This document shows, in pieces, positions 1 to 9,821 of a stretch of 64,000 nucleotides of DNA. The stretch's first letter is position 1; each line of letters starts with the position of its first letter. Source of the DNA: Escherichia phage vB_EcoM_KWBSE43-6; sequence record NC_048186.1. One strand, given 5' to 3'. Below the pieces are notes generated by a model, which worked only from the letters and a program-made list of their open reading frames with translations, ran no database searches and had not been told where the DNA came from. A program made the translations under genes and the position numbers.

Positions 1-2
1 TG

Positions 3-854
3 AAGATTTCGTTGCTTTCCAATGGTTACAACAAATTGGAAGTCGATCTCTCTAATCTTGTCGTGAGGACAGACACAGCGCTCCCTCAATCGCTGGCTGT
101 GTATTCACCCACAGGTGGGTCACAAATATGGTCTATGACAAGCCTGTTCAACAGTTTTTTCGCTGACACTCGTTTCAACGACTACGTGAAGGTCGTGGAA
201 TATGATTCAGATATGCTGAACATTGAAACGCAATTCACTAGCGTCAACAACCGCATAAATCTGAAACTGGATACTGCGACATATACGACGAAAATGACCA
301 GTCTGGATTCTCAGATAGCGAATTTACAATCTGGGAAAGTGGATAATACGACGTATACGGCGAAAATGACAAGCCTTGACAGTCAAATCAGCGGCCTGTC
401 TACGAATAAAGTTGACAAATCGACGTATGACACCAAAATGGCTAGTTTAGACGGTCAAATCAGTGATCTGACTACAAACAAAGTCGATGTGTCGACGTAC
501 ACTACTGATATGAACGCCTTGAATTTGGCGCTGGCGGGTTCGGTGAAATTGGCTAAAACCAACACCACCAGTGTTTCTGTCCCGGCTTCTGGTAGTGCTG
601 CGTTACCTGATTTCACTTTGGTGAATCTGTGTCAAATTTTGATTACAGCCAAATGGGGTACATTGGTTGATACGTTCTTGGTCACAATGACGTATGACGG
701 TACTCTTCAGGCAACGTCATTGACACAAAAAAGTACGGCGGGGACTTTGTCGTTCGCAGGTTCTGTTGTTTCAGGTAAACTACGCCTGACAATGACCAAT
801 GCTAATACAACAACCGCAGCATCTGTCGATTATTCACTTCGTGCTTCTTTCTAA
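3..854 (+). CDS. tail fiber-like structural protein, C-terminal fragment (5' end outside window)
   Basis: Frame is open to the window start; four in-frame 24-aa repeats (KVDxxTYTxKMxSLDxQIxxL); Thr/Ser/Ala-rich C-terminus; sits at head of tail-spike cluster. Confidence 0.5.
   Translation, partial: KISLLSNGYNKLEVDLSNLVVRTDTALPQSLAVYSPTGGSQIWSMTSLFNSFFADTRFNDYVKVVEYDSDMLNIETQFTSVNNRINLKLDTATYTTKMTSLDSQIANLQSGKVDNTTYTAKMTSLDSQISGLSTNKVDKSTYDTKMASLDGQISDLTTNKVDVSTYTTDMNALNLALAGSVKLAKTNTTSVSVPASGSAALPDFTLVNLCQILITAKWGTLVDTFLVTMTYDGTLQATSLTQKSTAGTLSFAGSVVSGKLRLTMTNANTTTAASVDYSLRASF
264..542. repeat. four tandem in-frame 72-nt degenerate repeats inside fiber-like gene
   Basis: Peptide repeats KLDTATYTTKMTSLDSQIANLQSG / KVDNTTYTAKMTSLDSQISGLSTN / KVDKSTYDTKMASLDGQISDLTTN / KVDVSTYTTDMNAL read from translation. 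Confidence 0.7.
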
Positions 855-862
855 ATCTTAAA

Positions 863-901
863 CTAAATACCCCTAGACGATTACATGTGCTAGGGGTATT
901 T
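863..901 (+). promoter_or_regulatory. late-promoter-like CTAAATA box inside a 12-bp perfect palindrome abutting the start codon
   Basis: CTAAATA 863-869; arms AAATACCCCTAG 865-876 and CTAGGGGTATTT 890-901, 13-nt loop; ATG at 906. Confidence 0.5.
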
Positions 902-905
902 TCAA

Positions 906-3900
906 ATGGCTAATAAACCCACGAAACCAAATTTTCCGCTTGGGCTTGAATCACAAGATCAATCCGTATTTCAAGAAGGTATTCTGAATAATGGTGTTGT
1001 AGAACATGGCCCAGATGCGGTAATGACTGTGCCAGAAACTCCTGACGCATCTGGGGTTCCTTCTGCTGTCCGTTATAACGAAGATGACGACCAGTTTGAA
1101 GGCTATTACAACGAAGGCGGTTGGTTGCCGCTTGGGGGTGGTAACGGTGGGCGCTGGGAACTCCTTCCGCATGCCCCCTCTTCCTTGTTACAGCTCGGTC
1201 GTGCATATCTGGTGGATAACACTGACGGTGCCTCTACGGTGGTTTTCCCTCCCCCTAAACGGGTTGGTGATAGCATCACTGTGTGTGACCTTTTTGGTAA
1301 ATTCTCAACTTATCCTCTGACTGTTGACGGTAACGGTAAATCGATCTATGGCTCTGCGGATAGCATGACGATTTCTACCGATAACGTCAGCGCGACGTTT
1401 ACGTGGACTGGTGAATCCCGTGGCTGGGTTATTACATCAGGCGTCGGTCTGGGACAAGGCCGGGTTTATAGTCGCGAAATTTACAGCCAAATTCTGTCAG
1501 CGACAACACCATCTATTACCCTGAGCACTCAACCATCTATTGTAGATGTGTATGTTGACGGAAAACGTTTGAAAGAATCCCTGTATACTCTCGACGGGTA
1601 TGAAGTTAAATTCGATCCGGCGCTGGCCTCTGGTTCTGATGTGCAGATTATTCAGTACATCCCAATTCAGCTCGGCGCGGGCGGTGGGGGTTCTGGTGGA
1701 ACTGTAATCACCTGGGAATACAACGGCGGCTCAGCTATCGGCGGAGAAACCCAAATCGTGTTGGATGTGGTCGTGGACTCAGTATCTGAGATCTACATCC
1801 GTGGTTCCCGTCAACAGATAGGGCGCGGGTTCACATTTGATCCTGCCACCAGTACGATTACCTTGGCGGATGAACTGGATGCCGGGGATGACGTTGTCGT
1901 CGTTATCAACGGTGACCCAACGGTCTACAACCAAATAGATCGCACTCCTTGGGAAGTTGCTCGGGCGTTTAACGTCTCAAATAACAGCGTCATTATGAGC
2001 AATGACAGGAATACTACCCTTGACGGGAAAACGATAGTATACGATATTAACAGTCAAAACTCTTGGGAAATTCCTGCTGGTATTCCTGTTGGCGCTAAAA
2101 TATCAAGTGTTTCTTCAGGGATTCTTGTGTACACCCCTGGTAACGTCAGTGTCACATTGACATTGTTGACGACGGGTACTACTGTTCTGAAACGCCTCGC
2201 CAATAGCAATTCTGGTAACGGCGGTGATATGGTTCTTTACAAAGCATCTTCAAATGCTGTGGAAAGAGCTATTTCTATGGCGTTGAAAGATTTTGTAAAC
2301 CTCCATGATTATTATCTGTCTTCTGATAACGGAGATTGGTATCCTGCATTTAACAGGGCTTTCCAAGATTCCCAAAATATTTTAGTTCCTTATGGTTCTC
2401 ATGTTGTCAAAACCACGGTTGTTCCACCATCCAATTCAAAAATAATTGGTCTTGGGGAAGCCAGTATCGTTAAATCACCAGATGCGATTGACGCCGCCGC
2501 CACAAACCTCGTTACCGTGTTTCGGGCTACTGGTTCAGATAATATATTGATTTCTGATATTACAATAGATGGTGGTGTTAACGAAGTCAACACCGCCAAA
2601 TCCTTTACACGAACTGTAAGGTTCATTAATTGTACCAACGTGTCGTTGCTGAGGGTTCGAGTATTAAACAACGCGGATTGGTCGACATCGTTCGAAGGCG
2701 GTCATGACTTTACGGTGAAGAATTATTACCAAAGATCGTATCGTTATCAGAACACTGCTATCAATTTGAATGGTGGACGTGATGGCCTACATTTCATGGA
2801 TTGTTATAATGTGAATGCAGACGGCCTTGACATAGAATCTGGTGATGATTGCGTGGGTATCACCACTACTGGTACAGATCTTGAAAATATCACGATTCGT
2901 AACCTGTGGGGTTCATCCAATATTGCTTCTCTCGTTATTTTTAACGAAGAAAAAGATTCTAACGATGTGTACTATTCAGCTAATGTCACTGGATTGAATA
3001 TTAGTGGTATCAGGATCAAGAAAGGCGGCAACGCTCGAAATATCGTCAGGGTTATAGGATACGGTGCCAACACCCAAATCAAAGATGTTTCAATCTTGGA
3101 TGTAAGGGGAAAAGCCTTTAACTCTTATGGTATTTGGGTGCAAGGTAGCGTTGACCATCCAGTAGACACAGTACACATAAGCAATTCAGACGTTGGTTCA
3201 CAACAGGCCCACGGCGTTCTGTTGCAGAATATAAAACGTTTGTCCGGTAACGTCTATGGTTATTATGAGGGTGTGAATTCTTCCGCTTCATTTGTTGGTG
3301 TGAACATGGTTTCGATCACTGGTGCGATGTTCACTCCAGGTTCTAGAAGTTCTTACGGGTATGGTGTACAAGTTCTGACCAGTAAAGATATCGTGCTGAC
3401 ACCTGATATCGAAAGTTGCGGCGCTGGGTTGTTCAGCTCTGCTTCTGGGGGTAATTTACGAATAGTAAACTGTGATGGTGTAACCATACCTTATGGCCGT
3501 GCCGTCGGGGACGTGGCTGTCAGCTATTGGGGTATCAACTTCGGTGGAAATACAAATTTAGACGTGGGTCTGGAATTCGTGTTTGGTGGGTTTACCAACT
3601 CGTCTCTCCCGAACTCTTATTATTTAAAAGCCCCAGCAGTTGATATCAAATGGAAAGAAGCGTCTGACGGGACTGTGACTATGAGTATCGCTCGTGGCGC
3701 CAGTATAGTCAGAAACAGCCAAGGCAATTTTACAATAACGTTCAACAATGATATGCGCAGTACATTGTTTTCTTGGCAGGCGACCGCCTATCACAATGGC
3801 GCGTTACGTTTAGTTCGTCTTGCTTCTGCTGTGGGGACTAAAACGATGACGATACAAGTAACGGATACGGCAAATGCCGCGACGTTCGCTGATTTTATAG

Positions 3901-3935
3901 AATTGAAAGCGTTTAACACTGCTACAGGATCTTAA
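906..3935 (+). CDS. tail spike protein, 1009 aa (TSP4-like), pectate-lyase-type beta-helix
   Basis: ATG 906; beta-helix signatures (NNADWSTSFEGGHDF, GRDGLHFMDCYNVNADGLDIESGDDCVGITTTG); N-terminal Ig-like modules as in gp10-like attachment domains; late-promoter hairpin upstream. Confidence 0.75.
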   Translation: MANKPTKPNFPLGLESQDQSVFQEGILNNGVVEHGPDAVMTVPETPDASGVPSAVRYNEDDDQFEGYYNEGGWLPLGGGNGGRWELLPHAPSSLLQLGRAYLVDNTDGASTVVFPPPKRVGDSITVCDLFGKFSTYPLTVDGNGKSIYGSADSMTISTDNVSATFTWTGESRGWVITSGVGLGQGRVYSREIYSQILSATTPSITLSTQPSIVDVYVDGKRLKESLYTLDGYEVKFDPALASGSDVQIIQYIPIQLGAGGGGSGGTVITWEYNGGSAIGGETQIVLDVVVDSVSEIYIRGSRQQIGRGFTFDPATSTITLADELDAGDDVVVVINGDPTVYNQIDRTPWEVARAFNVSNNSVIMSNDRNTTLDGKTIVYDINSQNSWEIPAGIPVGAKISSVSSGILVYTPGNVSVTLTLLTTGTTVLKRLANSNSGNGGDMVLYKASSNAVERAISMALKDFVNLHDYYLSSDNGDWYPAFNRAFQDSQNILVPYGSHVVKTTVVPPSNSKIIGLGEASIVKSPDAIDAAATNLVTVFRATGSDNILISDITIDGGVNEVNTAKSFTRTVRFINCTNVSLLRVRVLNNADWSTSFEGGHDFTVKNYYQRSYRYQNTAINLNGGRDGLHFMDCYNVNADGLDIESGDDCVGITTTGTDLENITIRNLWGSSNIASLVIFNEEKDSNDVYYSANVTGLNISGIRIKKGGNARNIVRVIGYGANTQIKDVSILDVRGKAFNSYGIWVQGSVDHPVDTVHISNSDVGSQQAHGVLLQNIKRLSGNVYGYYEGVNSSASFVGVNMVSITGAMFTPGSRSSYGYGVQVLTSKDIVLTPDIESCGAGLFSSASGGNLRIVNCDGVTIPYGRAVGDVAVSYWGINFGGNTNLDVGLEFVFGGFTNSSLPNSYYLKAPAVDIKWKEASDGTVTMSIARGASIVRNSQGNFTITFNNDMRSTLFSWQATAYHNGALRLVRLASAVGTKTMTIQVTDTANAATFADFIELKAFNTATGS

Positions 3936-3936
3936 C

Positions 3937-4173
3937 ATGAATATAAATTGTGTTTTTGTGAAAGACGAAATTCCCCTTGAGAAACAAGATGACTTTTTGA
4001 AATTATTTTTGGAAAGAATATCATTGGAATTCTCTGATGTCGTGATAACGGCAGAATGGGGAGACGATGAAACTGCTGTCGTTTCAGAGGATTGTTCTGA
4101 TTACGTCAAAGCAAATTATCAAAGATTTGTAGACGGTCTTAAACAAGACCTCATTATTTTCGATTATTTCTAA
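3937..4173 (+). CDS. hypothetical protein, 78 aa, acidic
   Basis: ATG 3937 two nt after upstream stop; AT-rich small ORF between tail-spike genes. Confidence 0.5.
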   Translation: MNINCVFVKDEIPLEKQDDFLKLFLERISLEFSDVVITAEWGDDETAVVSEDCSDYVKANYQRFVDGLKQDLIIFDYF

Positions 4174-4174
4174 A

Positions 4175-4212
4175 CTAAATACCCCATATTGGTAACGCCT
4201 TATGGGGTATTT
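4175..4212 (+). promoter_or_regulatory. late-promoter-like CTAAATA box inside a 12-bp perfect palindrome abutting the start codon
   Basis: CTAAATA 4175-4181; arms AAATACCCCATA 4177-4188 and TATGGGGTATTT 4201-4212; ATG at 4216. Confidence 0.5.
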
Positions 4213-4215
4213 CAA

Positions 4216-6795
4216 ATGGCCAGAAACATAGAAGAAATTTTCGGTGGGGTAGTCGTAGCACCACACCAGATCCCGTTCACGTACACTTCAACAAACGGTG
4301 GGGAAACTTTTATATCTCTGCCATTTTATCCCATCACCGGGTTCGTTACTATCAACGGTGGTGTACAGGTCCCTCTTGACAATTTCGAAATAGACGGAAA
4401 CACATTAAATCTTGGTCGAGAACTGGATCCAAGTGATGTTGTGTTCTGTTTGTTCGATAAAATCATGTCACCTCAAGATGCCAGTAACAACGCAGTTCGA
4501 GTTTATAAATTCATCTCTGTTGGAGGAGAAACGGAATTCACTCCAGATTTTACGGCGTATGGTGTCCAATCTCTTTATATCAATGGGAAATACCAAATAG
4601 CTGGTGAGGATTACACATATTCTAAGACAGATGGGAAAGTTTCTTTTACTACCCCATTAGTTACTGGAGTATGGGTTGCAGCTGAGATGAACATAAAGCA
4701 AAATATCCCCGCTTTAGCTGGCAATAATGGCGCATCACAAATCGGAACAGAATCAGGGCAAAATGTTCAATTAGAACTCGATTCATTCCGTAATTTGTTC
4801 GGGGAATATGGGTTTAGCATGATAGGGCAAACCACATATCAAGGATTGAGGAATTATAACGGCAATTCCAATTATATGATGATATATGGTAGATCCTATC
4901 TTCTAGATGGTGGTCATGGTATATTTGATTTAGTTCCTGGCGGTAATGCCATGACAACCCCTGACGATGATTGTGTGCATATTCGAGATACGTTGGGGCG
5001 GTTATGGCGTCGTAGATTTGAAGACAATGTCATAAGAATGAGCTGGGCGGGTGCTAAAAACCAATTAGAAACATCATCACCACAAGATGATGCTTTCAGG
5101 AACTGCCTGCTTGCGGCCAAATCGTTGTCTCCTACTGGTTATCCACAATCAATCATTAAAGGATTAGACCGTGGTGTAGTTTATCTTGCAGAGCGGCATT
5201 ATATCCGTTGTGGTAATTTCCCTGAATATATGGCGTGGAAATTGCCACCTACTGGTGGTGGTGACCGTTTTGGGCTGGATCTGCTGTGTGCATTGGGAGA
5301 AGGGGCGGGGTTCTTTATCGTCCAAGCTAATAACCCATTGTTGCGCGTCCGGGTAGACAACACTGGTATCCCATTCAATGTTTCGAATTATACTGATGCC
5401 CAACTTGTGAGTATAGTTGAGAACAATTATATCTTACGTTTGGAATCAATGGTGAACGCTCCGGAATTCGACGTTCATCCAGGTAATTATCCCGGTACTG
5501 TTCTTTACAGCACGGGTAAAAAGGATTATTCTGCAGTAACTGCACAATGGCCTGATTTGGTCCAAGTCTTACCGTCTATACAGAACGTCGGTAACGCGGT
5601 GTTTAACATAAAAAACTGTGGTCGAGATTTTATGTTAACCAATACTGGGGCTGGGTTGGGTCATTTTCATTCCGTTTGGTCACAAAATAACCGACTCCCT
5701 GGTTATATATCGAACTGCTATGATTTAACGATGACATATGAAGATTATGTCCCACACAACGAAACATCTGGTGGATTGATATTTAGTGAATGTGGCACTC
5801 TTTCTTTAGAAAATATTTTGATTGGCGCAGGTGGGGTAGGACATTTGTGTATATGGGATTGCCGTAACGTCCATATGAACCGTCATATCTCTATATGTGG
5901 TAATACCACTTGGGCTGCATCTAACCAAGTAGATGATCTTTATGCTTTAGAAATTTGTAACTCCGAAGTTCATATGAGCGGCGTGCATGCTCAAAACTCT
6001 GGTAAATTCGCACGTGTAGGATTCAATTCACAATTAACGGTTGATCACCTTACTGCATGGGATGTTTCAAAATTATTCTTGATGACGAATGATTTGACTA
6101 AATTGAAATATCGTGGGCAGCGGCAGGCTGTTACAGGGGACCCGAGCCGGATTTATGTGACATCAGGATTCGCTCAAAACCTTAACGCATCTCAGTTCGG
6201 TTGGGCTTGTGCTCCTGTAATAGAAATCGACAGCACAGTTAACGGTGATTTCAAATTTTATTGGAATTGCTGGACCAATAACGTTCATGCAGGGTATGGA
6301 TCTGAATCTGAAGCAAATCTTGCTATTATTAGCGTGGCTTCTACAAGTTCTACAGGATCTGTGTCATTCGGCGAAGACGCTAAATTGGAAGGTAATACGA
6401 CGAACTACGTCCTTCGTCTTGCAAACAAAAACCAATTGGGGAAAGTGCGCACTCGTCAAACATCTTTCTGTCGTGTACGTTATACCAATGACAACTCACA
6501 GTCATCTTTTGCAATGCGCGAAGCTGCTCATGACAATGGAACTACTGTGATCCCTATTGACGGAACAACATACAGCTATCCGTACCGCAGACCTGCTAAA
6601 TATTTCGTATCTTTAAACGTCCCTGCTGGTGGTGGTTCATGCTCAGTGACATTAAACGGTATGACGATTTTCCAAACTACGGTAGTCGGGACACATGGTA
6701 TAGTTATTGAAATGAAATACCAAGAAACCGTCGTGTTTACGTCATCCAACGTTACTGTATCGAATGCGCAGTGGCGTTATATTTTGGAGGAATAA
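4216..6795 (+). CDS. tail spike protein, 859 aa (TSP2-like), beta-helix
   Basis: ATG 4216 (track start 4189 is TTG inside the hairpin); same upstream architecture and tttcaaATGGC start context as 906 gene; beta-helix-like repeats in C-terminal half. Confidence 0.7.
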   Translation: MARNIEEIFGGVVVAPHQIPFTYTSTNGGETFISLPFYPITGFVTINGGVQVPLDNFEIDGNTLNLGRELDPSDVVFCLFDKIMSPQDASNNAVRVYKFISVGGETEFTPDFTAYGVQSLYINGKYQIAGEDYTYSKTDGKVSFTTPLVTGVWVAAEMNIKQNIPALAGNNGASQIGTESGQNVQLELDSFRNLFGEYGFSMIGQTTYQGLRNYNGNSNYMMIYGRSYLLDGGHGIFDLVPGGNAMTTPDDDCVHIRDTLGRLWRRRFEDNVIRMSWAGAKNQLETSSPQDDAFRNCLLAAKSLSPTGYPQSIIKGLDRGVVYLAERHYIRCGNFPEYMAWKLPPTGGGDRFGLDLLCALGEGAGFFIVQANNPLLRVRVDNTGIPFNVSNYTDAQLVSIVENNYILRLESMVNAPEFDVHPGNYPGTVLYSTGKKDYSAVTAQWPDLVQVLPSIQNVGNAVFNIKNCGRDFMLTNTGAGLGHFHSVWSQNNRLPGYISNCYDLTMTYEDYVPHNETSGGLIFSECGTLSLENILIGAGGVGHLCIWDCRNVHMNRHISICGNTTWAASNQVDDLYALEICNSEVHMSGVHAQNSGKFARVGFNSQLTVDHLTAWDVSKLFLMTNDLTKLKYRGQRQAVTGDPSRIYVTSGFAQNLNASQFGWACAPVIEIDSTVNGDFKFYWNCWTNNVHAGYGSESEANLAIISVASTSSTGSVSFGEDAKLEGNTTNYVLRLANKNQLGKVRTRQTSFCRVRYTNDNSQSSFAMREAAHDNGTTVIPIDGTTYSYPYRRPAKYFVSLNVPAGGGSCSVTLNGMTIFQTTVVGTHGIVIEMKYQETVVFTSSNVTVSNAQWRYILEE

Positions 6796-6797
6796 TA

Positions 6798-7097
6798 ATG
6801 ATTAAAGCAATCAAAGGGGATTTCACTGCTGTAACTTCAGTAGGAGAAATTTCATATCAATACGCTACTGTCCAGACTTTTCGGGGAGATGCAACGAGCG
6901 TGACCGTAGATGTATTTCTTTCCGATCGCTGGATTATCCAACGGGACGGGATCAATGTGGTAGATGATACTGCGCCTGGATTTTTCAAATCTGTACAGTT
7001 TGCTCCTGATTGGCAGAGCAGTTTGAATATCATAGATCAGGCTTATGAATATTTGAAAAGTCTTCCAGAGTTTTCAAATTCTACTGATGTTGTATAA
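6798..7097 (+). CDS. hypothetical protein, 99 aa
   Basis: ATG 6798 with GGAGG 8 nt upstream; overlaps end of preceding tail-spike gene. Confidence 0.5.
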   Translation: MIKAIKGDFTAVTSVGEISYQYATVQTFRGDATSVTVDVFLSDRWIIQRDGINVVDDTAPGFFKSVQFAPDWQSSLNIIDQAYEYLKSLPEFSNSTDVV

Positions 7098-7130
7098 AGT
7101 TAAGGGGGCTAGACCCCCTTAACTTATTTT
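7097..7130. terminator. bidirectional rho-independent terminator
   Basis: 12-bp perfect stem AAGTTAAGGGGG / CCCCCTTAACTT, loop ctaga, T-tract after; A-tract before serves the minus strand. Confidence 0.6.
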
Positions 7131-7372
7131 TCTATTTGTACAACAATCCCGTTTTCTTTTAAAACAGCTTCCAATTGCTCAATATGTAGCCTTAAATTTG
7201 AGTAGACGGTCGCTGCGATCAAAATTTCTTCACTTAATTTAACAGGTGAGTGAAGTGCGTCTATGTTAAAATTTCCTCCTGACGCAATAACTTTTCCATC
7301 TTCGTTAAATGTGTAGATGCAAGGATCTGGTTTATTTTTCTTAATCTTTATCAGTATTTCTTGTTTCCCCAT
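7124..7372 (-). CDS. hypothetical protein, 82 aa, opposite orientation inside tail-spike cluster
   Basis: ATG (minus) at 7370-7372 with GGAGA 9 nt upstream; stop lies in bidirectional terminator. Confidence 0.45.
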   Translation of the reverse strand: MGKQEILIKIKKNKPDPCIYTFNEDGKVIASGGNFNIDALHSPVKLSEEILIAATVYSNLRLHIEQLEAVLKENGIVVQIEK

Positions 7373-7442
7373 GATACATATCTCCAGCTGACTATGATTT
7401 GTACAAACATTGTACCCGAAACCGTTCGTTTGGAATAATACA

Positions 7443-7449
7443 CTAAATA
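7443..7449 (+). promoter_or_regulatory. late-promoter-like box CTAAATA
   Basis: CACTAAATACAAG 39 nt upstream of ATG 7488; same 13-mer context upstream of 9822 gene. Confidence 0.4.
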
Positions 7450-7487
7450 CAAGAATCAAGCCACAGAAAAACAACAGGAGATTCATC

Positions 7488-9491
7488 ATGAATCCGCAAT
7501 TTAGTCAGCCCGGTGGTTCCGTCTCTAAAGACGTGAACAAACAATCTATCGCACGTGTATTCTCTAAGAAAAAGAGTGATATATCATATTTGAAAGTTGG
7601 TTCTAGCGTTAATGGTTATGCTGTGCTATTCGAGCCGACAACCCAAACGTGTTGGTTTAGAGGGACTGCAACAGGTAATACAGTTTCTTGGACTATCAAC
7701 AATGATATCATGACTTTAGTGACTTCGGGTGGTTCCTTCACTCTGAACAAAGCCCAAGTTTGGGATTCTGTTACACTTTCCGGTGGAAATGCGACGAGTT
7801 TGATCGGAACACCTTCTGGTGGAACGTTAGCTAATCTGTTATTACGGACTGTGTCTCCTGCTGAATTCGGATTAGAAAACGATCCAACAGGAGTCAAAGC
7901 AGATAAAAATACCATGGCTGTTCAAAAGGCTATTCGTTACCTGAATTCTTTGGGTGGTGGACGTCTCTTGTTCCCTACTGGGCAATACACATTTTGCTAT
8001 GGAATTTGGTTGTTTGACAACATTCTGATCGATCTGAACGGTAGCATCTGTACTTTCAAAAACGCAACTTTTCCATTACGCAGTCGGGCATGTTTTGTTA
8101 TGGGTTCTTCTTATGAAGTCAACCGTGACAAGGCTATGAGTTTTTATGATGACGGCACCTACATCAACAACCCAAACCCGACCAATACAGCATATGTGAA
8201 TTTGCCGTTGGGAACGTTTTTGCGTGACAATGTCAATAAAGCGGAAATCAAAAACGCGCATATAATGAATGGGCATATCAAAGCCACGTTTGATTCCCCT
8301 ACTGCAAACGGTGCTTATGCAATAAATATGGCAAATGCGATGTATTGCACAGCACATGATTTATTCTTTACTGGATTCACAGAAGCCATAAACATGGGTT
8401 CGGATACTGGTTCTGAAACTCCGTCTTGCCATGGTTGTCTGGCTCATGATCTTTATATCGTTCAGCCTGACCAAAATAAAACTTATTATTCAATTGGTTT
8501 TATTTCAAACTCCACCAACTGTTCCATTCAACGGGCGATACAATATCTGCCTTGCGCCGCCGGGACAGAGAACGGGTCGGGTGTGGCTACTAACGTCGTT
8601 GAAGATTGTATTATAGAGGACATATTCATACCTTCTTTGGGTATTACGCAATCTTCTGAAGGGGTTCTTTTAAACAACGCAAAAGGATGTGTTGTGAGGA
8701 ACATTTGTGTCCGAAACTGTAAAGTGGTGGTGGCTGTTTATTATGTCAGCACCAGCTATATCAGTGCTGACAAATGGAATCATATTTCTGGCATAACTGG
8801 CCAAGGCACAGTTGCATTGATCGCAGTGCGCGGAAAATATACCACATTTACCGGATTCGCTGCGGATTCAACGACGCCGTATGAAATATATTTCGGGACT
8901 ACAAACGGATCTAACAACCGTATTGAACAAGAACCGGCTAGTATGTATTTCACAGAGACATCAACGGTCAAACAATATTGGTATTGCAATAACAACTACA
9001 TCAAAGGATGGGTCGTCAAATATCTGTATTTGCGGCCAATGAATACACTGGTGAATGACAAATCTGTTGCATTCAACTGGAACATGAACAAATCCGTGTC
9101 AGCCAACGATGACACCACGTTGTATTTCTTATGGGAAGTTCCTCCGTCCGTGAAGGCTATAAAGGCGGTCAAACTTTTCGCATATTACAATACCAACGCA
9201 GTGGCTAAAGGAAGTAATATCAAAATAGAAGTTCGTAGGATGATAGCGTTTGATGGTAACGCTAACACGTTGCCGTACATAGAACCTGCCATTGGTGCAA
9301 CTTCTACAGCAACGGTGGATCAACAGAATATAGCCATGAGCGCGGTTCATTCCGATACGGTTAGTCCCGGCATGGTAGTAACTGGCGATACTACGAATGG
9401 CCTGTCGAATAGTGTTGACATTTTGGTTACGTTTGCCAACACGTCCAAAAACTCTTTAATGAAAGAAATGGAAATTACATACCTGGGGTGA
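7488..9491 (+). CDS. tail spike protein, 667 aa, conserved N-terminal anchor module
   Basis: ATG 7488; N-terminus MNPQFSQPGGSVSKDVNKQSIARVF... shared with 9822 gene and resembling Ackermannviridae tail-spike N-termini; beta-helix-like C-terminal region. Confidence 0.75.
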   Translation: MNPQFSQPGGSVSKDVNKQSIARVFSKKKSDISYLKVGSSVNGYAVLFEPTTQTCWFRGTATGNTVSWTINNDIMTLVTSGGSFTLNKAQVWDSVTLSGGNATSLIGTPSGGTLANLLLRTVSPAEFGLENDPTGVKADKNTMAVQKAIRYLNSLGGGRLLFPTGQYTFCYGIWLFDNILIDLNGSICTFKNATFPLRSRACFVMGSSYEVNRDKAMSFYDDGTYINNPNPTNTAYVNLPLGTFLRDNVNKAEIKNAHIMNGHIKATFDSPTANGAYAINMANAMYCTAHDLFFTGFTEAINMGSDTGSETPSCHGCLAHDLYIVQPDQNKTYYSIGFISNSTNCSIQRAIQYLPCAAGTENGSGVATNVVEDCIIEDIFIPSLGITQSSEGVLLNNAKGCVVRNICVRNCKVVVAVYYVSTSYISADKWNHISGITGQGTVALIAVRGKYTTFTGFAADSTTPYEIYFGTTNGSNNRIEQEPASMYFTETSTVKQYWYCNNNYIKGWVVKYLYLRPMNTLVNDKSVAFNWNMNKSVSANDDTTLYFLWEVPPSVKAIKAVKLFAYYNTNAVAKGSNIKIEVRRMIAFDGNANTLPYIEPAIGATSTATVDQQNIAMSAVHSDTVSPGMVVTGDTTNGLSNSVDILVTFANTSKNSLMKEMEITYLG

Positions 9492-9494
9492 TTT

Positions 9495-9740
9495 ATGCAA
9501 AATTCGGCTATGCGTGATGCGTTATCTCTATTTTATGCTTTATACGACTATTTGGTAAACAAAGTGGAATTGACAGAAACAGAAGAATCTGTCAAATCTA
9601 AAATAGAACAAGATATGGGGATACGTTGTGATGATTCATTGGATGAGCAAATCCTACAACTGCAATCAGAACTAAACCAAGCAGTTGAAGAGGGAGAACG
9701 TCACCAAATCTTAGATAATGTGGTTGAACTTTTGAAATAA
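9495..9740 (+). CDS. hypothetical protein, 81 aa, acidic
   Basis: ATG 9495 four nt after upstream stop; terminator follows. Confidence 0.5.
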   Translation: MQNSAMRDALSLFYALYDYLVNKVELTETEESVKSKIEQDMGIRCDDSLDEQILQLQSELNQAVEEGERHQILDNVVELLK

Positions 9741-9742
9741 CA

Positions 9743-9767
9743 AAGCCCCTTCGGGGGCTTTTCTTTT
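9743..9767 (+). terminator. rho-independent terminator
   Basis: AAGCCCC ttcg GGGGCTT followed by TTCTTTT. Confidence 0.6.
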
Positions 9768-9774
9768 GAACAAA

Positions 9775-9781
9775 CTAAATA
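9775..9781 (+). promoter_or_regulatory. late-promoter-like box CTAAATA
   Basis: AACTAAATACAAGGAG 41 nt upstream of ATG 9822. Confidence 0.4.
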
Positions 9782-9821
9782 CAAGGAGACATTGTTAGAA
9801 AAACAACATGAGGAACCACCC

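Noticed and set aside
4189-4215. ORF-track starts that use TTG or GTG upstream of the first ATG (for example 4189, 7410, 9792, 19109, 21184, 23465, 36235, 53427)
   Set aside because: The extensions run through terminators or hairpins and lack an SD; the downstream ATG has proper SD spacing and matches homolog N-termini, so starts were trimmed.
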